Origin: Candidatus Woesearchaeota archaeon
Lineage (GTDB): Archaea > Nanobdellota > Nanobdellia > SCGC-AAA011-G17 > PNOQ01
Direction of reading: 5' to 3'
Length of the DNA stretch: 64,000 nucleotides
Assembly (NCBI GenBank): GCA_964344555.1
Contig: CAYFNK010000003.1
Coordinates: 9,565 to 73,564, forward strand
Positions 29,684 to 41,542 of this stretch are shown one piece after another. The notes under the pieces are model-generated. The model worked only from the letters and a program-made list of their open reading frames with translations. It made no database searches and was not told where the DNA came from. A program made the position numbers and the translations under genes. Each line of letters starts with the position of its first letter. Position 1 is the stretch's first letter.

Positions 29684-30524
29684 CACTATTTGACATAATG
29701 AAATCTAAACCTTTTTCTAATCCATATCTATAATCATGTTCTATAGATTCTTGAAAATGCTTAATTGTAGTAGTTTTTAGATCTTCATCAGGTGCTATTT
29801 GATAAACTTCCAAATCTTCTGGAGGGGAATTCAAAAATTTTGCATCTTTATTATAAATTTCTGGATGGTGATATAGTACGTCTTGGAATTTTTCATATTC
29901 ATCATAAAATTTAGGACTTAAGATATCATTTAAAGTTCTATCTGAAATAAAATCAATTGGATGAGTTCTTAAAACTATAATTTTATTTGCCCCCATTTTG
30001 TAAGCTTGTTTGGCAGGTATAGGATCAGACATTCCTCCATCAAGTAATTTTCTTGAATCAACTTCACAATACTTAGAAGTTACTAAAGGTAATGAACTAG
30101 AAGCCTTTAGATATTTCTTCCAAGTTTTAGTAGTGGGTTCTAAATATACTGGCTCCCCTTTTTCTATATCTGTAGCAACTATCACAAGTTTCTTATCTTT
30201 GATGTTTTCTATAGCCTTTTTTACCTTAAAGGGATTTTTCTTATTTCCTTCTTCTATTAAAAGATCTAAATCCATATAATTTCCACCTTTTAGATATCTA
30301 AAAATACTAAGAAAATTAGAATTAGATGCAATGTCTTTTATTAGTTCTATATTTCTTTTATATTGTTTTGAAGAAAATGAAGATAAGTTCATTGCTCCAC
30401 TAGAAACTCCAACATAAATATCAAATGGATCATAGTTGTGTGAAATAAAGGTATCTAAAATTCCAGCAGTGAATGCAGCTTTAAATCCTCCTCCTTCGAC
30501 AACTAAAGCAGATTTTTCTTTCAT
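29670..30524 (-). CDS. Patatin-like phospholipase
   Basis: 284 aa. Oxyanion hole GGGFKAAFTAGIL, nucleophile elbow GVSSGA, DGG motif. The last 4 codons and stop derive from the inserted element's TIR. Confidence 0.8.
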   Translation of the reverse strand: MKEKSALVVEGGGFKAAFTAGILDTFISHNYDPFDIYVGVSSGAMNLSSFSSKQYKRNIELIKDIASNSNFLSIFRYLKGGNYMDLDLLIEEGNKKNPFKVKKAIENIKDKKLVIVATDIEKGEPVYLEPTTKTWKKYLKASSSLPLVTSKYCEVDSRKLLDGGMSDPIPAKQAYKMGANKIIVLRTHPIDFISDRTLNDILSPKFYDEYEKFQDVLYHHPEIYNKDAKFLNSPPEDLEVYQIAPDEDLKTTTIKHFQESIEHDYRYGLEKGLDFIMSNSALLS

Positions 30525-30609
30525 AAAAAAAATAGTATAAACTAGTATAAAAAATTAATTAAAAAAAATAAAAATTTTCCAAAAGGAAAATCATAAGCAA
30601 GCACAACTG

Positions 30610-33515
<2,906 letters not shown>

Positions 33516-33633
33516 AACAGTAAAGTAAGTAATATACTTACGTTAAGTGCTTGCCTATGCATGATCATATTATAAAATAAGATCCTTCATCCAGAAACTT
33601 AGTTTTTGAATTGCACAATTCCTTATGGAAAAA

Positions 33634-33704
33634 TGGACCCACCGGGAATCGAACCCGGGCCTGGGCGTTGCAAACGCCCTGTTCTACCACTAGACTATGG
33701 GCCC
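33634..33704 (-). tRNA. tRNA-Ala (TGC) in the 16S-23S spacer
   Basis: Reverse complement GGGCCCATAGTCTAGTGG...GGGCGTTTGCAACGCCC...GGTTCGATTCCCGGTGGGTCCA. Confidence 0.85.
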
Positions 33705-33774
33705 AAAAGTAAACATAGTCAAAAATGCAATCGATAGAATTTGTCTCATATTTAATATTATTATAAAATAATAT

Positions 33775-35244
33775 AGGAGGTGATCCATCCGCAGGTTCCC
33801 CTACGGATACCTTGTGACGACTTAACCCACCTCACTGAACTCTGGTTCGAATCAATCAAAAAATTAATCCTCACCAAAACCCTGCTCGGTTGGCTTGACG
33901 GGCAGTGTGTGCAAGGCTCGGGGACGTGTTCACCGGACTGTGTTGAAATCCGATTACTAGGAATTCCATCGTCATGGGGGCGAGTTACAGCCCTCAATCT
34001 GAACTAAGATAGGGTTTAGAGGCTTAGCTTCTCCTCTCGGAGTTGCATCCCGTTGTCCCTACCATTGTTGCGCGCGTGTAGCCCAGCAGATTCGGGGCAT
34101 ACAGACCTACCGTTGCCCAAGCCTTCCTCCTTGTTTCCAAGGCAGTCCTCATATTGTGCTCATTCCTTCCGGAGAAGATGCTAGCAAATATGAGCATGGG
34201 TCTCGTTCGTTTTACGACTTAACGTAACACCTTACGGCACGAACTGACGGCGGCCATGCACCACCTCTCGGCTTGTCAGGTAAAACCTTCAATCTGACCT
34301 TCATTCTGCCGTCGCTGCTGGTGAGATTTTCTGCGTATAGTTAGATTAAACCGCACGCCGCACTCCTTGTAGCGAGCCCCCGCCAATTCCTTTAAGTTTC
34401 GGTCTTGCGACTATACTTCCCAGGCGGTGAGCTTAACATCTTCACTTAAGCGCTGCACATCCACGAAGAAAATGCAACACTCAGCTCACAGCGTTTACAG
34501 CTAGGACTACTCGGGTATCTAATCCGTTTTGCTCCCCTAGCCTTCGTTCCTGACCGTCGAATCCGTTCTGGATAGATGCCTTCGCCATCGGTGGTCTCCT
34601 AAGGATTATAGCATTTTACCGCTCCCCTTAGAATACCTCTATCCCCTCCCGGTTCCAAGTTTGACAGTTTTTCTTGCACGTTGATCAGTTAGGCTGAACA
34701 ATTTCACAAGAAAGTTATCAAACCGGCTACGAACGCTTTAGGCCCAATAAACATGGTTACCACTTGTGGCGCTGGTGTTACCGCGGCGGCTGGCACCAGT
34801 CTTTCCCACCACTTATTCTCCAAGCTTTTTACACTTGGCAAAAGCCTATGCAATACATAAGCACTCGGGATACCCTTATCACGCTTTCGCGCATTGTAAA
34901 GTTTCCGTGACTGCTGCACCCCTTAGGGCTAGGACCAGTATCTCAGTGTCCTTCTTGAGGCTAAGACTCTCATCTCCCCTACTGATCGTCGGCTTGGTGA
35001 GCCATTACCTCACCAACAACCTAATCAGCCGCCGACTCATCCTTAGGCCTTACGTTTCAAAGAAAGAGCTTTCCAGCACCAATCTTCTATTTGGATTTAG
35101 CCTCAGTTTCCCGAGGTTATTCCAAACCTAAGGGCAGATTATCGACGTGTTACTAAGCCTTTCGCCGGTGTCCGAAGACCCCTGAACTTGCATGTCTAAT
35201 TCGTATCCCAATAGCAGTAACCTCCCGCAGGATCAACGGGAATT
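33775..35244 (-). rRNA. rrs: 16S ribosomal RNA
   Basis: The reverse complement starts with AATTCCCGTTGATCCTGCGGGAGG. It contains CTGGTGCCAGCCGCCGCGGTAA and ends ...GGATCACCTCCT. Confidence 0.9.
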
Positions 35245-35540
35245 AAAAAAATTAGTCGCAAAAAAAATAAAAGAATAGAGACTCACTCTATCAAGTTTTG
35301 CTTTGACTATGCCTACCTCATACAAGATAATTCTATCATGTATTCACAAAAACATCAAAAATTGAAGAAAATCTTCAAGAGATGCGCATCAAAATGGTGA
35401 AATAAGTTGTTTATAAATATTGCTATCTATTCTTACGTTTTCTTTTCTCTTTATTCATCTTTTTTCTTTGCCATTTCCATCTCATTTGGCCTTTCTTCTT
35501 CCAACGTCTTGAATTTCTTTTCATATTTATCTTTCACCTA

Positions 35541-35615
35541 TGCTCCTGCCGGGATTTGAACCCGGGTTTCTGCCTCGAAAGGGCAGCGTCCTGGACCGGA
35601 CTAGACTACAGAAGC
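35541..35615 (-). tRNA. tRNA-Glu (TTC)
   Basis: Reverse complement GCTTCTGTAGTCTAGTCCGG...CTGCCCTTTCGAGGCAG...GGTTCAAATCCCGGCAGGAGCA. Confidence 0.85.
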
Positions 35616-35667
35616 GATAAAACTCTTGGGTCTTAATCCATTTATAAAATTATTGCTAATTTAGATA

Positions 35668-35785
35668 TGGGTCTGGGCGGATTTGAACCGCCGATCTCTG
35701 GTGTTCTTAGATTTTTGGAGTTAAAATTTGTACCAAAAACGGTCATATAAGACCAGTGCTTTAAACCAGACTAAGCCACAGACCC
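35668..35785 (-). tRNA. Intron-containing tRNA, most likely tRNA-Ile (anticodon TAT); intron of about 42 nt after position 37
   Basis: Reverse complement: acceptor GGGTCTG, D-arm TGGCTTAGTCTGGTTTAAAGCA, anticodon stem CTGGT with loop CTTATA, then an intron (tgaccgtttttggtacaaattttaactccaaaaatctaagaa), then ACCAG, T-arm GGCGGTTCAAATCCGCC and CAGACCCA. Confidence 0.7.
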
Positions 35786-35804
35786 ATTAGAAAAAATGAC
35801 CAAA

Positions 35805-35818
35805 ACTTTCTATTTAAA
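35805..35818 (-). promoter_or_regulatory. TATA-like box (TTTAAATA on the minus strand), 22-30 nt upstream of the tRNA-Ile 5' end
   Basis: Read directly. Spacing is appropriate for an archaeal BRE/TATA promoter driving the tRNA-Ile/tRNA-Glu/rRNA cluster. Confidence 0.3.
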
Positions 35819-35827
35819 CTTTTCTTT

Positions 35828-36367
35828 TTAACTTAGAAAGATTTTACCTGCAAAGTAAAGATAACTCAACCAAATCAATCCTAATACTGAATCAAATAAT
35901 AAAAAATTAAATTTATGTTTTAATCTCTTAATGGTTAATTCTTTTTGTTCAATTCTTTTCTTTACTCCAAAAAATGAAAACCAACTTGGATAGGGCCAAA
36001 ATAACATTACTCCCGTATTAGATAGCATATCTAAGAATATGTGGGACAATACTCCTAATGAAATAAATATTGCTTCATTACTTAGATTAATTTTATTTAA
36101 AACAAAAAAACTTATTACAAATATAAAAAACATGAAGAAGATTGAATGAGTAAATGTTCTGTGTGTTTTTTTTTTGAAAAACCCATCAAAGAGTAAGTCT
36201 ACGTCTGGAAGAAGACTGCCAAATAATAATATCATCCAAGCAGTTCTAGTTAAATTCATTCCACTAAAAACTTCAAATAATTTTCCAAGAGTCCAACCAC
36301 CTATCAAATGACCAAATGCAAACATGGGTTTACTAATCCAGATTATATTAAAAGACTTATGAAACAA
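35828..36367 (-). CDS. Membrane-bound metal-dependent hydrolase family protein (DUF457/YdjM-like)
   Basis: 179 aa, polytopic. Conserved His-rich motifs (FAFGHL, HRTFTHS, LSHIFLD). Confidence 0.55.
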   Translation of the reverse strand: MFHKSFNIIWISKPMFAFGHLIGGWTLGKLFEVFSGMNLTRTAWMILLFGSLLPDVDLLFDGFFKKKTHRTFTHSIFFMFFIFVISFFVLNKINLSNEAIFISLGVLSHIFLDMLSNTGVMLFWPYPSWFSFFGVKKRIEQKELTIKRLKHKFNFLLFDSVLGLIWLSYLYFAGKIFLS

Positions 36368-36400
36368 AAGTTTTTTAATTTTAACAATAGGACAAAATCT

Positions 36401-37573
36401 ATGTTAATTGGAATTGTAGGAAAACCAAACTGCGGAAAATCAACATTTTTCAAAGCAATGACCTTGGCAGAAACTGAAATAGGAAACTATCCTTTTGTTA
36501 CAATAAAACCTAATCATGGAGTTGGTTATGTGAAAATTAAAGATGTAGCAAAAGAATTTAACAAAACTGCAAATCCTAGGGAAGGATATATTTCTGGAGA
36601 GCATAGATTTGTTCCAGTAGAATTATTAGATGTAGCAGGATTAGTTCCAGGTGCACATGAAGGAAAAGGAATGGGAAATCAATTTCTTGATGATTTAAAT
36701 CAAGCAGATGCATTAATACATGTAATAGATATCTCTGGATCAACAAATGAAAAAGGAGAATCAGTTAGTCCATTAAGTTACAATCCTTCAGAGGATATCA
36801 GATTTTTAGAATTTGAACTAGATATGTGGTATTTTAGGATAATAAAAAAAGGTTGGGAAAAATTCGCCAGATCTTTGGCAACAAACAAAGAAATTGCAAA
36901 AGCAATCGCTAAACAATTATCTGGTTTGAAAGTTACTGAAGAGATGGTTAAAGATTCAACAAAAGAATTGAGTGATAAACCTTCTGAGTGGTCAGATAAG
37001 GATTTACAAAGTTTAGCTACAAAATTGAGAGAGAGAAGTAAGCCAATGATAATTGTAGCTAATAAGATAGATGTTCCCGGAGCTGAGGATAATTTAAAAC
37101 AAGTTCAAAAAGAATTTCCAACCTATAAGATAGTTCCTTGTTCAGCAGAATCAGAACTTGCGTTAAAAGAAGCAGGAGATTTAATCAGTTATTCTTCTGG
37201 GGATAATCATTTTCAGACTAAAGGAGAGTTGAACGATAAACAAAAACAAGGTTTAAATTTTATCAAAGAGAATGTCCTTTCCAAATTTAATAGCACAGGT
37301 TTGCAAGAAGTTATGAATACTATTGTATTTGATATCTTAGATTATATTGCAATTCATCCAGGAGGAGCAAATAACCTAGAGGATTCAAAAGGAAATGTTC
37401 TTCCAGATTGTTTTTTAATGCCAAATGGTTCAACAGCAATAGACTTTGCATTTAGATTACATTCCGATATTGGAAATGGATTTATTAAAGCAATAAAGGT
37501 AAAAACAAAAGAAGTAATTGGTAGAGAATACAAATTGAATCATTTAGATATAATAGAAATTAAAACAAGTTAA
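36401..37573 (+). CDS. Obg-like/YchF-family GTPase with C-terminal TGS-like domain
   Basis: G1 IGIVGKPNCGKSTFF; G3 DVAGLV; G4 ANKID. The C-terminal region precedes the stop. The start was moved to the internal Met (MLIGIVGK) to avoid an antisense overlap. Confidence 0.7.
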   Translation: MLIGIVGKPNCGKSTFFKAMTLAETEIGNYPFVTIKPNHGVGYVKIKDVAKEFNKTANPREGYISGEHRFVPVELLDVAGLVPGAHEGKGMGNQFLDDLNQADALIHVIDISGSTNEKGESVSPLSYNPSEDIRFLEFELDMWYFRIIKKGWEKFARSLATNKEIAKAIAKQLSGLKVTEEMVKDSTKELSDKPSEWSDKDLQSLATKLRERSKPMIIVANKIDVPGAEDNLKQVQKEFPTYKIVPCSAESELALKEAGDLISYSSGDNHFQTKGELNDKQKQGLNFIKENVLSKFNSTGLQEVMNTIVFDILDYIAIHPGGANNLEDSKGNVLPDCFLMPNGSTAIDFAFRLHSDIGNGFIKAIKVKTKEVIGREYKLNHLDIIEIKTS

Positions 37574-37574
37574 T

Positions 37575-38288
37575 TTAATAGTTTCCGTTACCTTCTGGCC
37601 AAATAGTCTCTTCTAAACAAATTTTTATTCTATTCTCTTCATTCAAAGTACTCGCATGATAATACTCCAAAATCCTCATACAACCATATCCAATATTTGA
37701 ATTATCTGCAGGGTCAATACAATTAGGCTCATATTCATTAAGTCCCCATGAATGGCCATCTAATTCCATAGAAACAAATTCCTCTCTAGGATAAATATTA
37801 ATCCACTCAATATAGTGTGTATTCTCATAGACATCTTCGAAATGCCATCCTTTTCCAATACTACTTGGTAAAAGTTCATCGGTCCATATCATTTCTATAC
37901 CTTGACAAGGTCCAAAATTTTCTTCAATTAGTTCCAAACAAACATCTAATTCCCCCCTTCTTGGACTATAAGATAATGCACTTAATGAAACGTCGTTAGC
38001 TCCGTTATTGTTAAAATCATAGTAAACTGGATCACCATAAGTACCTCCAATCCCTGAAGAGGTACCGTCTATTTTAAAAGTAGCATAATCTCTATAAACA
38101 TTGAGCAACCTTACTACATGACTATTGCCTTCAGAATCATAAAAAATACTACTTGTTCTCATGGTCCAAGTAAATTCTTCTCCACTACAATAAGAAGTAT
38201 CTAATGTGGCAGGAGATTGTTGTACACAACCAGATAGAAAAACTAAACCAATCAAAAACAAACTTACAAATAATAACCTCTTTTTCAT
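37575..38288 (-). CDS. Putative secreted lipoprotein, hypothetical
   Basis: 237 aa. N-terminal MKKRLLFVSLFLIGLVFLSGC has a lipobox-like LSGC. The 5' 40 nt are near-identically repeated at 62042-62090. Confidence 0.55.
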   Translation of the reverse strand: MKKRLLFVSLFLIGLVFLSGCVQQSPATLDTSYCSGEEFTWTMRTSSIFYDSEGNSHVVRLLNVYRDYATFKIDGTSSGIGGTYGDPVYYDFNNNGANDVSLSALSYSPRRGELDVCLELIEENFGPCQGIEMIWTDELLPSSIGKGWHFEDVYENTHYIEWINIYPREEFVSMELDGHSWGLNEYEPNCIDPADNSNIGYGCMRILEYYHASTLNEENRIKICLEETIWPEGNGNY

Positions 38289-38325
38289 AACGTTAAAACT
38301 TATAAACTACTATATAAATATTTCT

Positions 38326-39291
38326 TTAATTAAATTCAACTTGATCAATTCTCTGATAAGGTTTTATGTCAATTTCATATTTTTCTTTTTTATCATAATA
38401 TTTCAAACCGGCAACAGCAATCATTGCTCCGTTATCAACTAAAACCGGATTTTCTGGGATAAAACATTTTGCACCTCTTTCCTCACACATTATTTTAGCC
38501 ATTTCTTTTAGTCTAGAATTACAAGCAACTCCTCCTCCTAGTAATAACTCTTTTTTATCAGTATGTGCCATTGCTCTTTCAGAAACTTCTAACAACATTG
38601 CGAAAGCAGTTTCCTGTAGGGAATAAGCAAGATCTTCCAGCCCTATTTTACCAGTATCATATAACTGTTTCAGTCTTGTTAACATTCCAGACAAAGCTAT
38701 ATCCATTCCTTTAACTGAATAGGGAAGTTCAATATAATTTTTAGACTCCTTGGCTAAATTATCTATTTTTGGTCCTCCAGGAAAACCTAGGCCAACATGT
38801 CTAGCAAAGGCATCAATAAGATTTCCAATTCCTTGATCTAAAGTTTCACCAAAAACTCTATACTTTCCACCTTCAAAGGCAATAACTTGTGTGTTAGCTC
38901 CAGAGGCATATAACAAAACAGGATCCTTAGCATTAGTAAGAAATTTACCAACCTCTATGTGGGCAACAGAATGATGAACTGGGATCAAGGGAATATTATA
39001 TTTTTTACTTAATTTCTTAGCTAAGGACATTCCCTCTTTCAAACAAGGTGCTATCCCAGGGGCATTAGAAAAAGCAATCAAATTAACATCTTCTATTTTT
39101 ATTTCAGCTTCAGTTAATGAATCTTGTAAAACCTTTTCCTTAACTTCTGCATGATGATTTGCAGCTTCAACAGGAATAATCCCTCCCTTTTCAGTAGTAT
39201 AGCTGTCTTTTACATTGGAGAGTATCTTTTTCTCATTTACAATGCCAACTCCGAAAGTATGAGCTGTACTTTCAATCCCTAAACATATCAT
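38326..39291 (-). CDS. kae1: tRNA N6-adenosine threonylcarbamoyltransferase Kae1
   Basis: 321 aa: MICLGIESTAHTFGVGIV...HHSVAHIE...ASGANTQVI...LLGGGVACNSRL, the Kae1/TsaD signature. Confidence 0.9.
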   Translation of the reverse strand: MICLGIESTAHTFGVGIVNEKKILSNVKDSYTTEKGGIIPVEAANHHAEVKEKVLQDSLTEAEIKIEDVNLIAFSNAPGIAPCLKEGMSLAKKLSKKYNIPLIPVHHSVAHIEVGKFLTNAKDPVLLYASGANTQVIAFEGGKYRVFGETLDQGIGNLIDAFARHVGLGFPGGPKIDNLAKESKNYIELPYSVKGMDIALSGMLTRLKQLYDTGKIGLEDLAYSLQETAFAMLLEVSERAMAHTDKKELLLGGGVACNSRLKEMAKIMCEERGAKCFIPENPVLVDNGAMIAVAGLKYYDKKEKYEIDIKPYQRIDQVEFN

Positions 39292-39368
39292 AAGAGAAAT
39301 AGTTTAAATTTCTTTAAAAATCTTATCAAAACAAAAGTTATTTATACATAATCTAATAAAAAACTAAT

Positions 39369-39962
39369 ATGAATCACAGAATTAATTTTGTTCTTATAGG
39401 CATGGTTTCCCTGGTAGTTCTCTTTGGAACAGTTGAAGCGATAAAAGATTATCATTTATCTACAATAACTGGAAGTGCAATATCTGGAGATTTTGGAATA
39501 GAGTCAATACAAGAAGCAGTTAATCCAATTACTGCAGTCTTACTAAGGGCAGAAGATCAAAAGTTAAATCAAGATGTTCATGAGTTAATAGAAGAAAAAG
39601 ACAATAATAATATAATCTTGAATCCCACAACTATTCCGCCTAGTGAAGACGAGGATTATTTGTTTATAGAATGGGGAAATAAGTTAAACCTTTTGTCCCT
39701 ATATATGAAAAAAGAAGGAGACAATGAGGCTTCTTTCGAAATTTGGGGGCCGGGAAATACAAAAATAGCAAGTGGAGAATTAACAAATGAATACAAGTGG
39801 TATCATTTTGAAGTTTCTTCAACAAAAATGAGCTCTTCAAATTATGCTATCTTTAATTTTGGCGGAAAAGAAGATATATTTATAGATAAAATATTAGGGA
39901 TCGAAGTAGGAGAAAATGGTCTTGCCAAACTTACAGGAATGATGATTGGAAGATTAGTTTAG
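39369..39962 (+). CDS. secreted/membrane-anchored hypothetical protein
   Basis: 197 aa with an N-terminal hydrophobic signal anchor. Confidence 0.45.
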   Translation: MNHRINFVLIGMVSLVVLFGTVEAIKDYHLSTITGSAISGDFGIESIQEAVNPITAVLLRAEDQKLNQDVHELIEEKDNNNIILNPTTIPPSEDEDYLFIEWGNKLNLLSLYMKKEGDNEASFEIWGPGNTKIASGELTNEYKWYHFEVSSTKMSSSNYAIFNFGGKEDIFIDKILGIEVGENGLAKLTGMMIGRLV

Positions 39963-40885
39963 AAAAAGTCTCTTAGAAATTTGAAAAACTTAACAAAAAC
40001 GGATTCTTCTAACCTTTCAGAAGAAGTAACTTTTCCAGTTATTTTGGGTTCACTATTTTTTTCTTCAATATTTCCACTCAATTTATTGTCTTCTTCATTT
40101 AAGTCATTATTAACTAAAACTTCCACAGAATATTCTCCAATTATTTTTTTATCCAGTTCAACCCTAATAATTTCATCAGGATCAAGATAGTAATTTACTT
40201 CAGATATTTCTTCGGAACCTTCAATTACAAGTTTAGTATTAAAGTAAGTTCCCTTGCTTCCCTTATTTTTAATTGAAACAACGCCTTTGTTCAAATCATT
40301 ACCAACTGATAAAATTTTAAGATCTGGTTTGAATTCTTCTTTTTTCTTCGATAAACATTGTCCATTTTCACAACCATTAGGACAAACATACCAAGAACTT
40401 TCACATTTACTCTCTTCATTGCAAAAATATTCCATAAGCGTTATACCATCTCCACTACAATAGTCTTCAGAATGAGAATCGCTCAACAATTTTTTAGTAT
40501 TATCGTTACAACTTCCTTTTTTGTAATGATTAACATTATTATCTAAATAATCTGAGCATTCAGGAACAAAATTTGGCTTAGAAGATTTTGATCTTCCATT
40601 ATCTTCTTCTTTTTTATCTTCTTTTGGTTTTTCTTCAACAATTTCTTGAGACTCTTCTATAGTTTCTTTTTCAATTTCTACCTTTTTATGTTCCGGAACA
40701 CTTATTTCCTCAAATTTTTCAGATCCACTAGGTTTTTCTTCTTTTACATCTAAAACTGCCATACCAGTAAATGTAAAAAACTCAGAAAAGAAATCTATTC
40801 CGTCTTCAACAAATTCCCCAAAAGAATAAGCACTTGCTAAAGGTAAACTAATCAAGATTAACAAAAATAATATCTGCCTCTTCAT
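39959..40885 (-). CDS. secreted Cys-rich, acidic hypothetical protein
   Basis: 308 aa. Signal peptide MKRQILFLLILISLPLASA. Glu/Lys-rich linker. A Cys-rich module (CSDY..C..C..C...CPNGCENGQC). Confidence 0.5.
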   Translation of the reverse strand: MKRQILFLLILISLPLASAYSFGEFVEDGIDFFSEFFTFTGMAVLDVKEEKPSGSEKFEEISVPEHKKVEIEKETIEESQEIVEEKPKEDKKEEDNGRSKSSKPNFVPECSDYLDNNVNHYKKGSCNDNTKKLLSDSHSEDYCSGDGITLMEYFCNEESKCESSWYVCPNGCENGQCLSKKKEEFKPDLKILSVGNDLNKGVVSIKNKGSKGTYFNTKLVIEGSEEISEVNYYLDPDEIIRVELDKKIIGEYSVEVLVNNDLNEEDNKLSGNIEEKNSEPKITGKVTSSERLEESVFVKFFKFLRDFF

Positions 40886-41141
40886 AAAATAATTCTATCC
40901 AAAGAATAATATAAGCTTTTCTACATCCCCTTAAATAAAGGATCTTTTATATTAACTTTAATTTCCTTCAAATTAGTAACTCTTTTCTCGGGAGGAAACC
41001 TTTCTCCATAAGATCTAATCAATTCTTTGGCAAATTTATTCAAGAATTTTATCTTAGCCCTTTCAACAGGATCTAGTAAAATATTTAATCTTTTAAGAAA
41101 TTCTAATTTCTCATCTTCTACATAAATAAAATGAGGTTCTT

Positions 41142-41504
41142 CTACTTGAAAAGGGGTTTTGGACTTAATTGAACATCACCTTTTTCTTTAACATATTTAT
41201 CTAATGCAACGACAGCTTGTGCCAAATCTTTATTTTGTCTAATAACTGCTTCTAATTTTTTAGCTAACTCCTCAACATCATCTGTTTCGTCTTTAGCCAT
41301 CCTATTTACATTCTTAGAAGCATCTTCAAATAGATCCAATAATAAATCCATTCTTTTAGTAAGTCCATTAATAGATTCAGTCATCCCAACTACAGTCTTA
41401 TGCAATACAACAGTACTATCTACCAATAATTCTAATTTTTTAGTGTCTAAAGATTTAGAAGTGCTAGTTGTTTTTTTCTTAACAGTTTTTTTCTTAGCTG
41501 GCAT
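41142..41504 (-). CDS. hypothetical coiled-coil protein; the reading frame appears to continue in the -1 frame to about 40920 (possible frameshift)
   Basis: 120-aa ORF ending ...QLSPKPLFK*. The next 74 codons downstream are stop-free in another frame across an A4C4T4 homopolymer tract. Confidence 0.45.
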   Translation of the reverse strand: MPAKKKTVKKKTTSTSKSLDTKKLELLVDSTVVLHKTVVGMTESINGLTKRMDLLLDLFEDASKNVNRMAKDETDDVEELAKKLEAVIRQNKDLAQAVVALDKYVKEKGDVQLSPKPLFK

Positions 41505-41542
41505 GTTAATAATTTAATTTTTAGTTATAAAAAAGTTTCGTA

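Larger units (their letters stand above)
23472..29684. mobile_element. 6.2 kb transposon-like insertion bounded by 23-bp TIRs (CATTGTTAAGTTAGCGGG[A/G]CTTA) and a 10-bp target-site duplication ACTATTTGAC. Carries an IS1595/IS6-like transposase, an RHH protein and six enzyme genes
   Basis: Left TIR 23474-23496 (+). Right TIR 29661-29683 (reverse complement, 22/23 identical). Direct repeat ACTATTTGAC at 23462-23471 and 29685-29694. The patatin ORF C-terminus changes from ...MSNS* (reconstructed from the left flank) to ...MSNSALLS* (stop supplied by the TIR). Confidence 0.55.
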
